From Diadema antillarum (lineage: Eukaryota): 64,000 nt of DNA. The notes below the pieces were generated by a model that ran no database searches, was not told the origin of the DNA, and worked only from the letters and a program-made list of their open reading frames with translations. This document shows positions 23,598 through 36,840 of this stretch, one piece after another (position 1 is the first letter of the stretch; each line of letters starts with the position of its first letter). The stretch covers positions 62,001 through 126,000 of the forward strand of contig NW_027271668.1 in assembly GCF_040938485.1 (NCBI RefSeq), given 5' to 3'. Made by a program: the position numbers and the translations under genes.

Positions 23598-26412
23598 ATC
23601 ACTGTGTTTATCAGAAACCCGTCAAACATGGTATTACTATTGAACGCTGTCGTCATCTCGTCCTGCGAACAGTGTGTCGACCTCCTCTTGAATTCGGGCC
23701 TGTTCGTCGGGATGCTGGGCCATGATGTACAGAAACCACGTGAGGGCACTTCCGGTGGTGTCCGTGCCGGCGAAAACAAACTGGTTCACCTGTTACGTCA
23801 TCAAAAGGGAAAGCAGACCATGAGAGCTAATTGACGATTCGACTTGAAAACACGTCGTACTTATGTCTCCACTGTAAAATCTGAAACTAACGCAGAATCC
23901 CAATAAACACAAATGATTCATAACATCATTAGTATACAGGATCGTTCTTTGAAATATCATGTCATGAAAATTAACGGATTAACTCAGCAAATAACATATT
24001 ATTATATTCTATTCCTAAAATTACAAATCTAATATCAAAGCTTCTTTATGCTTGGTGTTTTCGAGCTCGTTCATTCATTTCTGGGTAAAGATTAAATGAG
24101 AATATCGGATGATTCAAAAGCCATTAAATAAGCAAACAACATAAAAAAGAGTTGAAAGTACCTCATCACGTATTTCCTTCTTACTTAGTCCGTTGCCATC
24201 CGAATCTTGTGCCAGCAGCAATGTATCCAGAAAATCCATCCTTCTCTTCTCAGCCTTCATAAACAGAAAATCATAAACATCATCAGGCCCGTAACTAGGG
24301 GGGGGGGGGGGGGGGGCTCAGGGGGTTCGAATGAACCCTCCCCCCCCCCCCCCCCCCCCCGCTAGCGAGCAGGGTCCGCTTGAACCAAAAAAAAAAAGTA
24401 GAGACTTCTTCCCAAAGCTCCAAATACGACAGAAGAATGATTTTTAAAGATAAAACAACAACAACCAAAGTAAAACAAAAACAAAAACAAAAAGCCAGCG
24501 TGACCCAAACTCAACTAACGTCTCTTGCGCTTCTCCATATTCACTACCACAAAGTGATCAACCTGGAAAAGGTGGTTGATATCTTCAGCAACACAAATAC
24601 AAGAAGGATGATGCTGAACTTGGTATAGATAATAGGTATAAGAATAAGGGCGCCGGAAGCGGGGGGGGGGGCGGTTAGGGGTGGCACATAAACTTTTGGG
24701 GGGCAAAACGAGTTTTTGCCCCTCTCCCAAGTCCTCCCTGTAACAATCATAATCATGATTCATTATTAATATACACTATAATATCTATACACTAATATTT
24801 ACTTATGAGTAAATTTAGTGTATAGATGGTACCTCGTGTGCCCCCTGAAACATACCTTTAGTAAACCTTACATTTTCCCTTTCTTCTATGCTTTTTAGCA
24901 GTATAAGAATAATTCTTATTGCTAGAACAATGCGACCACGTTTAAGCTTTTAATGAATACATTTCAGACGAATGGCAATTAGTGAAAGTGGCTCGCTCGC
25001 TCTGCCCGTACATATAATAAAATGAACAGTTTTAATAAGTTATGATGATAGTAGTTCGCAGTGATGTTTGTTTTACCCCCCTCCAACACCCTCGCCAAGG
25101 ATCTCACACCGTCACATAATGTACCCGCGTATGTTATAATCGTAGTCCTTCACACTGTATTTCTTCGCCATGTTTAATTCCCTTGAAATTTGCTTTGAAA
25201 TGCTCAATAAACGCGAATCTATACTCTGTTTTTACAAAAAGTCCCTCCCCCGCTCGGTCGCTTCGCTCCCTCGCCGAGGATCTCACTCGTTCACATAAAT
25301 ATACCCCCGTATATTATAATCATAGTCCTTCGCATCTTTTTTTTTCACTATGTTTAATTTTCTAGAAATTTGCTTTTAAATGCTCTATAAGCGCGACTTT
25401 TGTACTCTGTTTTAACAAAAAGTCTCTACCGTGGGAGGGGGTATTCCCCCTCCCACTTCCTCCTCCTGCTCTGTCGCTTCGCTCCCTTGCCGAGGATCTC
25501 ACACCGTTACATCAAAATGTGCCCTTCCCCCCCCCCCCCCATGTTATAATCACAGTCCTTCGCAGTATTTTTTTTTTACCTAAGTTTAATTTCCTATAAA
25601 TTTGCTTTTAAATGCTTTTTTAATCGCGACTTTTGTACTCTGTCTTTACAAAAAGTCCCTGCCGCGGGAGGGGGGTATCCCCCCTCCCCCTGCTCGGTCC
25701 CCTAGCCGAGGATCTTACACCGTCACATGTACCCCCCGTATGTTGTAATCATAGTCCTTTTTTTCCATTATGTGTAATTTCCTAGAAATTTGATTTTAAA
25801 TGCTGTATAAATGCGACTTTTGTACTCTGTTTCTACAAAAAGTCCCTACCGTGGTACCCCCTCTCGGTCGCTTCGCTCCCTCGCCGAGGATTTCACACCG
25901 TCACATAATGTGCCCCCGTCGAGATTTTGCCCCCCCCCCCCCCCCACACCCTTCAAAAAAAAAAAAGTGTTCCGGCGCGTTTATATAAGAACAATTCAGT
26001 ATGTAGGCACGAAGATGATCAGAGACTTTTCTTCATGGCTGATACATGTGTCAAACCGAACTATCAAAGGTGAAGAATTGATTGTTTTTACGTTTGAAAA
26101 TATACCCCTCCCAGAGTGAGACCCTATCCCGCTTTGGTTGCTTAACTCCCTCAGAAAGGTCCACTATTTCCAAGTTTGAACCCCCTCCCCCATAAAAATC
26201 CTAGTTACGGGCCTGATCATACGGTGGACAGTATTTGTGGCTCTACAATACATGTATTATCATCATAATAATCTATAAAGCGCAATGAAATTCTTATTAA
26301 GATTAAAATGCGCTATGTGAAAGACTAGCTTTTATTATCATCATTGTCGTTATTGCTATTATCATCATCATTATCGTTATGATTGTTATTATTATAATCA
26401 TCGTTATTGTTA

Positions 26413-26455
<43 letters not shown>

Positions 26456-29400
26456 CAGCTCACACCTGCAATGGAAACGGCAAACTGAATGATACATCGT
26501 TCACATTTCCGGAGAGTCGTTATATGCGTACTTTTGTGTAAGTTCGCTCGATCAACAACATTTAGTTCATAACGCTTTTGTACCCCTCTATTTCATGATA
26601 ATTGTTGTCTTCAGAAGGGAATTTTACCATTAACCGTTGACTTCATCTCTTTTAGGGTTACCTCTTTTTCCGTGGCATATGTTCGTCGCCGCTCTGCGAC
26701 GATCTTATCGTGTATGCCATGCATGTAAGCACAACCCTCTTTCCAATCTCGGTACTTGGAGGACAGCCGAAAGATACAGTCGTAGAACATCAACGGGTGA
26801 AACACTCTGTAGAAGAAAATTCCTTGTGATTAAAAATGGGGTTAACCAATGCATTTTAACCATGCAGGATGATGAATGTGAAATTCCATCCGCATGTTCA
26901 ATCGCCACGCGATCAAGGGATTCAGTGGTCATAAATGAATAATGGAAGTTCGTCTATTTGTTTGTTGCATTGTGTTGCAACGTTGTTATCATCATGTTAT
27001 TTTTAAAATATATAATATCTTAATGCAGTTGTATAAGGAAGGTGTATGAAAATGAAGGAGTTTATGCAGATGAAGATGTTGATATAAGAAGATGATATTT
27101 TTGAATGTTGAATCTTTGATGATGATATCATTATGGTTATGAAATGTATTCAAACTATCCAATTAAGATCAGTATTTAACAGAGGGAGCCAGTGAATGAA
27201 TGTTTGAATTATCACATTCTTTGATACTTATGAATAGTTTAGTTGTGTAACAAAACACCCTACAAAAAGTAATCAGATATCACAAATTTTCTCAATAAAC
27301 CGTAACTGAAGACAGTTTATTCTGAAAACGCTTTTTGATAAGCTATTGTGCACATTTTGTATACATATCCAGTTAACATACTGATTAACATCTTCATGTT
27401 GGTTGATTTGTCGCTAATTCACATCTACTTTAAAGTACTAAATCTGTTTTACAAGTGACACCAATTAGAAATATTATGACGTGTTGTAATGCTGTTATCA
27501 CTATGTACAGTTTAAAATGTTACAATGTGTTAGATGTATAGAAAAGATATATGAAGATGAAAAGGAGTTTATGCAGAAGATGAAGGAAACGTTGATTAGA
27601 CAAAGATAGATTTTTAAATATTGATTCTTTGATGAGGAAACTATCATGGAATTACTCAAATTTTCGCTCTTTTTGCTTTCTGGACTGTTATACATTTCAC
27701 TCAAAGGCGTGTTCAAGCACAATTCTTTTTTTTTTCTTCTTCTTCTTCTTCTTTTTTCTCATCACATGTCAGCATCATCGTACCATAATGCAAACGTCAG
27801 CGTGCTGACGATGAGATTAAATGTCGAATCACCTGTATGCGCAGATGGTGGTCAGTTTCTCCAAGACCTCCACTTCACGTGACTCCGTTTCCTGACAATG
27901 TGATTGGTGGGAAAATGCGCAGCGGAGTATGACGTCAAGTGAAAGTAGTGACATGGTTTCATGTGTTTTGACCGGTTCCCCTTGGTCCGCAGCCACGTGA
28001 AGTTTGTCAATCAGGACATCCAATGCCTAGATTAAAGGAACAATTCAGGCAGAGAGTGTAGTGAATAAGAAGACAAATTTAGGACAAATACCCCTCATTA
28101 CCAAACAATCTCAGAAATAAACAAATGAATCAACAAAGAAATCAAAAAGAAAATACGTCATAATTATGGTCACGTTTTCAGAATTCTAAAGATACTTCTT
28201 TTTTTTTTTGGTGGGGTGTTTAGGTAAATAGAATGGGACATTGATTAAAGAAGTAAGTGTTTGAATGAGTTAAACACTCGTTAATGAGTTCCATGAGAAA
28301 CCAAATGCAAGCAAGTTTCTCAGTCTTGCTACTATTGACGCTTATGATATTCAGTTACAGTTCATTATTTCAAAGGTTTTGTTATTCAGAAAAAAAAAGC
28401 AGGGTCATTGTTGCGAGGGTTAGCGTTCATCTTCTTTTCATTTTCGGATAAACGAACATTTTCCTTTTTGAATTAATGAACCATTTTTCTTATTTTTCTT
28501 TTTTTTTTGTTTCACATTATAGCGAGCTTTAGAAATAACGAACCTCGAAATAATGCCACTAACGTGACAAAATATAAAGTTCGGATCAATGAACCCTTTT
28601 TCATTTTCGAATTGACGAACACCTAGGTATACGGAATTCGTGTGTCCAGAATAACGAAACTTATTTCATTTTCGGATTAACGAACCTCCGGCGGAAAGAA
28701 CATCACCACATTATTTTTTTTTAAGGAATCAACAACAAACAAACAGGCAGAAGGTATGAGTAAACACTCGATATTACGAAACTCGACTCAGTCACAAAAC
28801 ATTTCGCACGATGTTTGAACATTTGATTTTCTGCATTCATAAAGTAGAATGTTGTTACCTAGTGTGCTATATTCATAAATTTCTCCAGAAAGCAGTCAAA
28901 TTAGGTGGAGATTACAATAATTTTAAAATGAAATTATTTTATCACTCGGAAACATTCATGGCCTGATGGCACGATGATAAGTTTTCACTGATTTACATAA
29001 TTCAGTCGCAACCAAAGGGAAAGAATAATCATGTAAAAAATGAAAATCTTCGGAAATACTGAGTCGGTATACATTCCATATCTTCACCGGTACATTCCTT
29101 TTCATGGCCGCCGATTTTTGTTTTCTTTTTGAATGTATCAAGGTATAAAGTTTTCCTTTTCTGAATGTAAGAATATTTTTTTACCTTAATCACAGTAGTC
29201 AGAATTCTTGATAGTTACATTCAGACGGTGATCTTTAACCTCGAGGATAGCTTACCCCAAGGATAAGTTTATGGGTCGCCATGTGTCGCATGATCGATTT
29301 TGTCACGAAATCAGTTATTTCGTCGACGGAAATAATGACTGATTTCGTAACGAAATCGACCGTACGACACTTGGTGCCCCATAAAACTTGTCCTCATGAT

Positions 29401-31497
29401 TAGGATCACCATCTGAAAATAACTAATCTCAAATATGTAGAATTATAAGAACATCCATAAATGCATGAATTTAGATGATTAATGCAAATATTATTATAAC
29501 TCCCAATGCTAACAAAGTCAATGAAAGTTGATATGCCCAGTGAGCATGAAACCAATTATAACATCCTTTAAAATGTTTTGTTGTTTTTATGGAGGTCCAA
29601 ATATTGTTTTCGAATTCTTTTGACAGGCTAAAAAGGCATTAGCAGTAAAGTGATTATGGCGAAGGTGATCTTAAGAGGCCGCATCATGCCGTACTGACGA
29701 TATCTTGAGTGGAGAGGTACCTATTGGATTCACACCAAGTGACAGGTGTTCTTAAACATACCAACAACCAAAAATAAACAAATGGAATGTTTTGTCGGGA
29801 CATTTAATTCTGAAATATAGGCAAAAAGCATTTTTGGAACGATGTTCTTGTTGCATGTTATAATTGCAAGTAATGCTAGATTACAAAACGTAGTCAAATT
29901 TAGGGACTTTTTTCACACTCTTCTGGTTTATTTCCTATGATGCACATGTCATTGCAGGCAGGTCGAATTGAATGTGATCTGCACTGGAAATACTTTCAAT
30001 TATGGCAGATAATAACAGTTTATATGATAATAAAGATAACAACAATAATAACGATTATAATCTTCTTCAGATTCAAACTTTGCATGAAAAAGAAATAGTT
30101 GAATAGCTTGATGGAGACCACCCACCTCATTCATAACCACCAGGTATTGTTTCAAGACCTGAAAGTGAAATGATGGCGTGATGAGAGTGCGATGGCGCTT
30201 CCAAATAGCGCCCTCTAAGAGACCCAATCCCTCGGACCATTCCTTGAAAACCTGATAGTCGTCAGACTTTTTCAGAGAAAGAAAAAGTAGTTTTGATGAC
30301 AGTAATGTTATCATATAATAACAATAAAAACGATGACAATCATAGATATAGTATCCATTTCACTTACAATCATCAGAAAGGTACACTGCATATAAGAGAT
30401 TATACTCAAGAATGATAAAATGAAACAATGAAATATTAGTTCTAAGAAAATAACGAAAAAAAAGAAAGACTATACACTATTGCGTAGACAGATCAATCAT
30501 TAAAACCCTTTGATAAAGCCCTCTTAATAAAGAGAGCCCCTTGTAGCAATCTTTGACCAGATACTGCATTCTTTACCCCGATGCAGAGAAAAAATGAATA
30601 GACCAATGCTAACAGTACAATGATAATTACATAATAAAAATGTTAACGATAATGACAAGAATAACGCTCATGATGATAATAATAATTGAACAAAATATGT
30701 ATTTAGTGTATATAACCTCAGACATCATGGTCCTGATTATTTTTCATGCGTTGCTGAATTTTCCTTTACCGGATTTTTATAACGACTCTCACTCCATTAT
30801 GACTATGTGATCCATGACTAATTCCATCAAACAGATTTTTTTTTTTTTTTAATCTGACTTCTTTTAAAATAAGTTTAAAAGACATGTTATTAAGTCAATA
30901 TTTAGTGAACTTAATATATAAAGATACATCTAATTTGTGTGTGTATGTGTGTGTGTGTGTGTGATTATTATACTTTCAGTATTTATTCCACACCTTGACC
31001 TAATATAACGATTTAAAAACACATTTTAGGGCCCAGCTCATCCTTTTTTCTTTTTTGCAGGTAGCCACTAATTGTATTCTCCGTGAGATTCCTTCGAATG
31101 CTATCAAAATCTCGTTCTTGTGGTTAATTTGTAAAATGTTAGATCTACTAGTTACTGCACGCGTATCGTTGGGACACACCTTTATTCCGATGTTTGTAGC
31201 CAGCAGAGGTTTGATGCTGTCGGGATGGTTGAGCATTACTACCGGTTTCCATCCCATCCAGAACACCAGAAGTCTCCGGTACTTGCTTACTGCTTTTTGC
31301 TCCCACTCAAATCCAGGCTCGTTGAACCCCGGGTCGCGGAGGTTGCCATAGAGCCAGTGTGGCTTGGGTCCAGGAAGATGTCGTCGAATGTACACGAGAC
31401 GACGAAGAGTAACGACCAGTGTCAACAGAAACTGGACAATCTTGAAGCCAAAGAAGGATAAAGCAACAGTTCCCAAAATGGTCGTAATAAGCGACAT
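22490..31497 (-). CDS. Cytochrome P450, CYP4 clan, copy C (7 exons, 493 aa)
   Basis: Exons 31497-31180, 30266-30126, 28026-27833, 26806-26662, 24254-24162, 23789-23638, 22928-22490; same lengths and phases as B, GT-AG, open frame. Motifs VNQFVFAGTDTT, ESMR, PDRF, PFSAGARNCLG. Intron 6 contains an N gap. Confidence 0.94.
23368..23517. other. Assembly gap (150 N) in intron 6 of copy C
   Basis: Run of N next to CA/TG microsatellites. True length unknown. Confidence 0.99.
24497..24628 (+). pseudogene. C-terminal remnant of a hAT transposase (dimerisation-domain tail)
   Basis: SVTQTQLTSLALLHIHYHKVINLEKVVDIFSNTNTRRMMLNLV* matches the recalled pattern TMxQxRLxxLALLxIHxxxxIDxxxVIDxFAxxxxRR of ZMYM1/THAP12-like hAT transposase tails. 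Confidence 0.7.
24646..25982. mobile_element. Nested element containing a tandem array
   Basis: Imperfect TIRs aagggcgccggaa / ttccggcgcgttt, flanked by gtataagaat / atataagaac (8 of 10 identical, possible long TSD). Removing it places the transposase stop about 250 bp from the right TIR of the host. Confidence 0.45.
25085..25930. repeat. Tandem array, 4-5 units of about 200-240 bp
   Basis: Repeated ctcgccgaggatctcacaccgtcacat...atgttataatc.tagtcctt...aaatttgctttt.aaatgct...tacaaaaagtccct...ctcggtcgcttcgctccc. Confidence 0.85.
26380..26455. repeat. (ATT)n microsatellite
   Basis: Direct reading. Confidence 0.9.
28400..28710. mobile_element. Degenerate MITE with ttcggaataacgaacc-type subrepeats (intron 2 of C)
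   Basis: Repeated tttcattttcggattaacgaacc / aataacgaacct motifs. Same motif family as 56491-56850. Boundaries approximate. Confidence 0.4.
29220..29417. mobile_element. About 200-bp fully palindromic MITE
   Basis: ttcagacggtgatc...gatcaccatctgaa ends, with inner arms tcgattttgtcacgaaatcagttattt / aaataatgactgatttcgtaacgaaatcga. Confidence 0.65.
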
Positions 31498-31708
31498 TAT
31501 GGCGTCCGCAGCCTTTACAAACACGTACCTTGAGCAACAGAATAGACGAGCACTTGTTTCTCTTTGCGTTCTATGCGTGTGTATACACCGGTATGTGTAA
31601 TTCTACTCTATATATGCTCTATTTGTGTGTACGTGTGTGCGTGTTTGTGTGTTTTCCCTCTTTAGCCCGCACCCTCTGACAAAGTTAGTCTGTATGACAA
31701 GACCTTGT

Positions 31709-31740
31709 TCAAGTTCAAAGTGCCTCAAGTTCAAAGTGCC
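31709..31740 (+). promoter_or_regulatory. Tandemly duplicated proximal DR1-like site upstream of copy C
   Basis: TCAAGTTCAAAGTGCC twice (31709-31724, 31725-31740). Single identical 16-mers occur at 50909-50924 (D) and 63242-63257 (E). Confidence 0.55.
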
Positions 31741-32769
31741 TTTTCTTGGCTGTGTAAACAGGAGCAAGCAGGAACTATCCATCACTGGCCTGGTTATCTA
31801 AAAATTCGGAAAAAAAAATCTCCCGTCAACTACACAATACATCCACATGACTGTGTTCTTTGTGCATTTTTTTTTCTTACAAGATGGGGCGTCATTTGAA
31901 TGTTTAAATTAGGGCCTATACATTGTATTTAACATGGCCAAATAGCAAACATATTCAGGTAACCAACCAAAACAAAAAAAAACAAACAAACAAACATTGT
32001 TATGCTCATTTATGCACAAAATTATGAAAGCACATTTATGTCAAGTACAGTCCAAATACAGACATCTTGAGAATGTAAAACAGCATTGGAGACAGACATT
32101 TCAAAACTCTTCTTGCAGAACTACTAATTGGGATGTTATTTTATTCATTAGCTTTAACAGTGCACACACACATAATATACATACACACAAACACACATAC
32201 GAATCAGTTCTTACTTGGTACAAAATCTTATTTCCCTCAAGTAATGTATAAAATGCCGTCACTAACTCAGCGAATTACCACAACTGATTGGATTTGATGT
32301 CTGCCATGTTACCATAAATTTCCCCCAGGCCACTTTTAAAGTGGAAAAAGTTGTACAACATGGGTCTTCTAGATGCTTGACATCAACAGTATGTCCATGC
32401 AATAAGCAAGTTGGCAGAATTCCGTACAAGGTTCAAAGGTTACAAAATAATACATGTACAATGATATAAAAGAGGAAAGTTGAAGACACACAAAAGTGTC
32501 TCTATACTTTGTACGCAGAGTATATCCCTACAATGTGTTACACCAAATAGATGACATCGGATGTCCCCTACAGGAATTTCTTTCAATTTGCAGACGTGGG
32601 GGGGGGGGGGGGGGGGGGATATCTGGAGGCCCTGAGATTGAAGAGAAGGGGGGATATCTGGTAGTCTTTTAAATCCAGTCTTTTTTCATGATAAAGGTTA
32701 CACTACAGTTCTAAACGCCCTTCCAGCTGAAGAGACAATTCGTCCTTGATGAGATGATTGGAATTTGCG

Positions 32770-32782
32770 AGGTCAAAGTTCA
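32770..32782 (+). promoter_or_regulatory. Distal DR1 upstream of copy C
   Basis: AGGTCA-a-AGTTCA about 1.27 kb upstream of the ATG, followed by a further GGTTCA half-site. Confidence 0.6.
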
Positions 32783-32862
32783 GGTTGAGGGTTCAACACA
32801 ACTCAGAACTTTTTTTTCTTTTTTTTTGCGTGTGGGTCTGTGTCTGTGTGTGTGTGTGTGTG

Positions 32863-32898
<36 letters not shown>

Positions 32899-33183
32899 GT
32901 GCATGCGTTATTAAGGAATGAAAATCTGATGCAATCTTCTCTGACAGATACAAACGGATGCGTGTATTTTTAAGTTTTTTCTTTCATCCATTGCTTGGGG
33001 TCACACGATTATAACCTTCCTATTCCATTAAAAGGAAAGAAAAAAAAACCAAACGTTATTATTGAGCAAAACAAAATGGATGCATAATTAAACAGTATAT
33101 AAGTTCTGGACTGACAACAACATAATTGGACAAAGTGACGACAGAATGACTTGCTAGTCTTGCTTACTTGACACTGCCAGTGC

Positions 33184-33220
<37 letters not shown>

Positions 33221-33663
33221 CTGACACAGTATATATGTATATATATATTGGTCAAATTTGACTTGATTTCATTCTTTAGTTTGAAAAAGTGTGAACTAAT
33301 CAGGAATTCCTATTCATGTGAGTCAACCTCATTGCCCTCCAAGTTGCAAAACAAACTAGTGGCAGTACACCGCCAAAAGTATACCCATATGACAAGAGGA
33401 ATAATCAAATGTTGAACATATTTTATTTCACGAACAATCCTCGATATCCATCACAATCACATACATGGGTACATGAAATAATTTAGTAAAAGGCATAGAT
33501 TTTTCAATCATTTATCATTACCCGAATTGCTTGAAGCGTGTTTAAAAAATAAAGTTCAAATTCATGTGTTGTTATTTATTAGTTTCAAGCTACAATTGAT
33601 CCTATGCATGAATAAATGTTTTGATACAACCAAGTGAGTATAAGGCCCATGAAAGAGGGATAA

Positions 33664-33708
<45 letters not shown>

Positions 33709-33879
33709 TCGATTGTCTATTCGCTGCACGACATCACTAAACAATTCTTCACATTGAGCAATACCGTCAAACAGTGCAGCACATTCATGTCACTATACAC
33801 ACAGTGGCGTATCTAGGGAAAACGGCGCCCGGGGCAAGCGCGAAAATTGCGCCCCTAATTTCTGAAAGAATGTTCAACC

Positions 33880-34853
33880 CAGAGCGGGTTGATAGATAGA
33901 GTTGCGACACCGGAAGTTCGCGCTGATTGGTCAATCCCTCAAAATAGTTCCCCCTGGTCGTATGATGTCGATAAGACCTTAGAAAACCGCGTACCGTATT
34001 ATGACGCAAACAATGCATTCATTGTCATTTTGCTCCGTGGCTCGCGCAAAGTAGAGTTACGCGCTCCGCGCATGGGTTTTGCGCGAGAGTGCAAAATAGC
34101 TTCACCTCGTCGTCATAACAACAATAAAGACCCACAGCCCGGGATTTTGAATTACAACAACAATTGTAAAGGAGTGGGACTACATGATATTTCCGTCCTT
34201 ACATTTTGACGTTCGCCCATCAACATCATCCAGGAGCGTTAAAACAACTCTGAAAATATTTCGTCCTTTCCGGTTGTTTGCATCCGTTTCCTTGACTTCG
34301 ACAGTTAGTACTCCTTTTTCTACTTCACTAAGTTTACATGACTGCCGTAAAGACAGCAGAGACTCCAACTCTCCCGCTTTCGACGGGAGTCTCCCGCCGA
34401 AAGCCCATTTTTGCAGAATCTCCCGTTCTCCCGCTTGAGTTCTAATTTCTCCCGCTTGAAATGATTTTTTACTTAATTTCATTGTATGTTGAAAATTTAG
34501 CCTTAGATAGCGCGAGAGAGCATCTAGAACCCTAGACAACAAGGGATTCGCGCTCGTGATGTGCTCTTCGCGCACTTCAAGTTGGAGTCTCCCGTTTGCT
34601 AGGGGTTTCAGGCAGGAAAATCTCCAGATCAGAAGGTGCTTGGGGTTGGAGTCTCTGAGACAGGACATTTTTCTCAACAAGTCACACTCCCGTCGCAAGC
34701 AACAATGGTATCTCACACTGCCGCTGGGTCTGAGTACTGTGCGCCTATGTGAAAACCCTGTAGAAATAATTCGTCGACATCGACGACCAGGGGGAACTAT
34801 TTGACGTGACCTTTGTACCCCAGTGTCGCAACTCTATCTATCAACCCGCTCTG
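33880..34853. mobile_element. Nested hAT MITE
   Basis: Perfect 31-bp TIR CAGAGCGGGTTGATAGATAGAGTTGCGACAC and perfect 8-bp TSD GTTCAACC. The empty site is present in twin 2 (about 36911-36930). Confidence 0.9.
34357..34657. mobile_element. Third-level nested MITE with a 6-bp TSD
   Basis: TIR CAGAGACTCCAAC, TSD AGACAG on both sides, and ctcccg subrepeats. Confidence 0.75.
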
Positions 34854-34919
34854 GTTCAACCCAAACCCCATCCCGGTAGTGACTTTAAAAAAAGTCTACA
34901 TGATATGCTTTTCAAGCAC

Positions 34920-35300
34920 AGGTGCATGGTCCCGGTGTTTTAGTCAAATGCGTACGCGGGCGCACGGCGCAAGTTTCCTATAGAGACCTACGCTATCGCC
35001 AGGGCTCCTCTCTAGCGCTTACGCTTTGGCACACGTCTCCGAGTCCGAAGAAGTCCGATTCACTGTAGTCAGTGGTCGGATCACAGTTCGGCTCATGATT
35101 CGGGTGAGGGGGAAGACAGCTTTAGCAAAGTTCTTTTGTGATGTCATGATAACAAGCACATACGCACGCACCACGGCATTACTACAGACTGCGCGATGCG
35201 CAGAGAAGTCAACGCAGGCAACGTTACTTAGCAACAACTACACACTTTACTCTTGATGACAGCTCAACAGCGCCCTCTACACCACCGGGACTATGCCCCT
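34920..35300. mobile_element. Nested element with AGG...CCT ends (Kolobok-like)
   Basis: TIR AGG(T/G)GCAT(G/A)GTCCCGGTG, TTAA on the right side only. The empty site ttcaagcac-ttaaaagggg is seen in twin 2. Confidence 0.65.
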
Positions 35301-35339
35301 TTAAAAGGGGTCTTTTGAGGGTGATTTAAATGTAATATA

Positions 35340-36200
35340 TTTTTGTATTTCAGCTTACAAAACATGGAATTCTTGTCATTTTTTGCTTATTAAATCTTAC
35401 AATACTAATCAAAATATAGTGACGGCCTTATAGATAAGGGTTTATTCCAACAAACTGAGGACTTGAAAAATACTCTAAATTAGTACGCGCGAGTGAGCCG
35501 AAATTTGTATATTTCCCCGTCATCATCACGTTTTGTTCTTACTTCTTTTTTTTTTTTTTGATAAATTTTGGCGAGCGCAGCGAGCGAGCCGAAAATTTTT
35601 GTATATAAGCTAACAAAACATGGAATTCTTGTCATTTTTTGGTTATCAAATCTTACAATTCTAATCAAGATATAGTGACGGCCTTATAAATAACGATTTG
35701 TACCATCAAAATGAGGACTTGAAAAAATACTCTAAATTAATACGAGCGAGTGAGCCGAAATTTGTATATTTACGCGTCATCATCACGTTTTGTTCTTTTT
35801 TTTTTTGATAAATGTTAGCGAGCGCAGCGAGCGAGCCGAAAAATTTTTTATTCCAGCTTACAAAACATAAATCAAACAAGTTTGATTTGTTTCGTCATAT
35901 TTTCTATGTGCTTGTAAATATCTGTAAATAAATTGTATTATAATGTAAATAGCACCAGTCTGCAAGAATCTTCAGTCTATTGAAGGAGGCAGACTTAATC
36001 AGAAGAAGAAGAAGAAGAAGAAGAAGAAGAAGAACATGGAATTCTTGTCATTTTTTGCTTATTAAATCTACAATTTCCATCATGATAAAGTGACGGCCTT
36101 ATAACGATTTATACCAACAAACTGAGGACTTGTAAAAATACTCTAAATTAGTACAAGCGAGTGAGCCGAAATTTGTATATTTCTGCGTCATCATTAGCTT
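35340..36200. repeat. About 240-bp tandem units inside twin 1
   Basis: cagcttacaaaacatggaattcttgtc...gtacgcgcgagtgagccgaaatttg...ggcgagcgcagcgagcgagccgaaa repeated about 3.5 times. Confidence 0.85.
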
Positions 36201-36840
36201 TTGTTCTTATCTTGTTTGATTTGGGGTTTTGTTGCGCCTCCCCCCCCCCCCCTATGTTCGAAACCGTTGGCGCCCTCTTTTAATCCAATCGGCAATCGCT
36301 TCGGAGCGGAAGAAATTGCAGCCGCTTCTCCGTGTAACATTTTGCCTGCTAAATATAAAATAGCATGTGTGAACACAATAGACATTGTCATTTTGTCCGC
36401 GTCATCATCACGTTTTGTTCTTATCTCTCTTTTTTTTGTGATAAATTTTGGCGAGCGAGCGCAGCGAGCTAGCCGAAATTTTTTGTATTACCACTTACAA
36501 AACATGGAATTCTTGTGTGAAGACAATAAACATTGTCATTTTGTCCGCGTCATCATCATGTTTTGTTTTTAATCTTGTTTGATTTGGTTTTCTGCCCCCC
36601 CCCCCCCCCCCGGTCCGGGCGAGGATATTTTTCTTCTTCTTCTTCTTCTTCTTCTTCTTTTTTCTTCTTCGTTTTTTCCCCCCGTTTTTGGCGCCCCCAA
36701 GGAGTGGCGCCCGGGGCACGTGCCCCCCTTGCCCCCCCCCCCCCGATACGCCACTGACTACACACCATGACTATTTCCTAAAATTTTCAAAGTTCATTAC
36801 AGATTGAGTGAAAGATGGAGGGAAGGATAGAGGGAGAGAT

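Larger units (their letters stand above)
24284..26215 (+). mobile_element. Internally deleted hAT-superfamily element with a 5-bp TSD (intron 4 of C)
   Basis: Perfect 16-bp TIR CAGGCCCGTAACTAGG and TSD ATCAT on both sides. The empty site with a single ATCAT is seen in intron 4 of E (about 57053-57080). Contains a transposase C-terminal remnant. Confidence 0.85.
33802..36756. mobile_element. Non-autonomous hAT-like element, twin 1, with three nested insertions
   Basis: TIR CAGTGGCGTATC..., degenerate 8-bp flanks tatacaca / actacaca, and a body colinear with twin 2 once the nested elements are removed. Confidence 0.8.

Noticed and set aside
23320-23725. ORFs spanning the N run
   Set aside because: Artefacts of the gap and adjacent microsatellites.
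34180-34716. 178-aa minus-strand ORF
   Set aside because: It crosses the boundaries of two nested MITEs, has no domain-like motifs, and is therefore a chance open frame.
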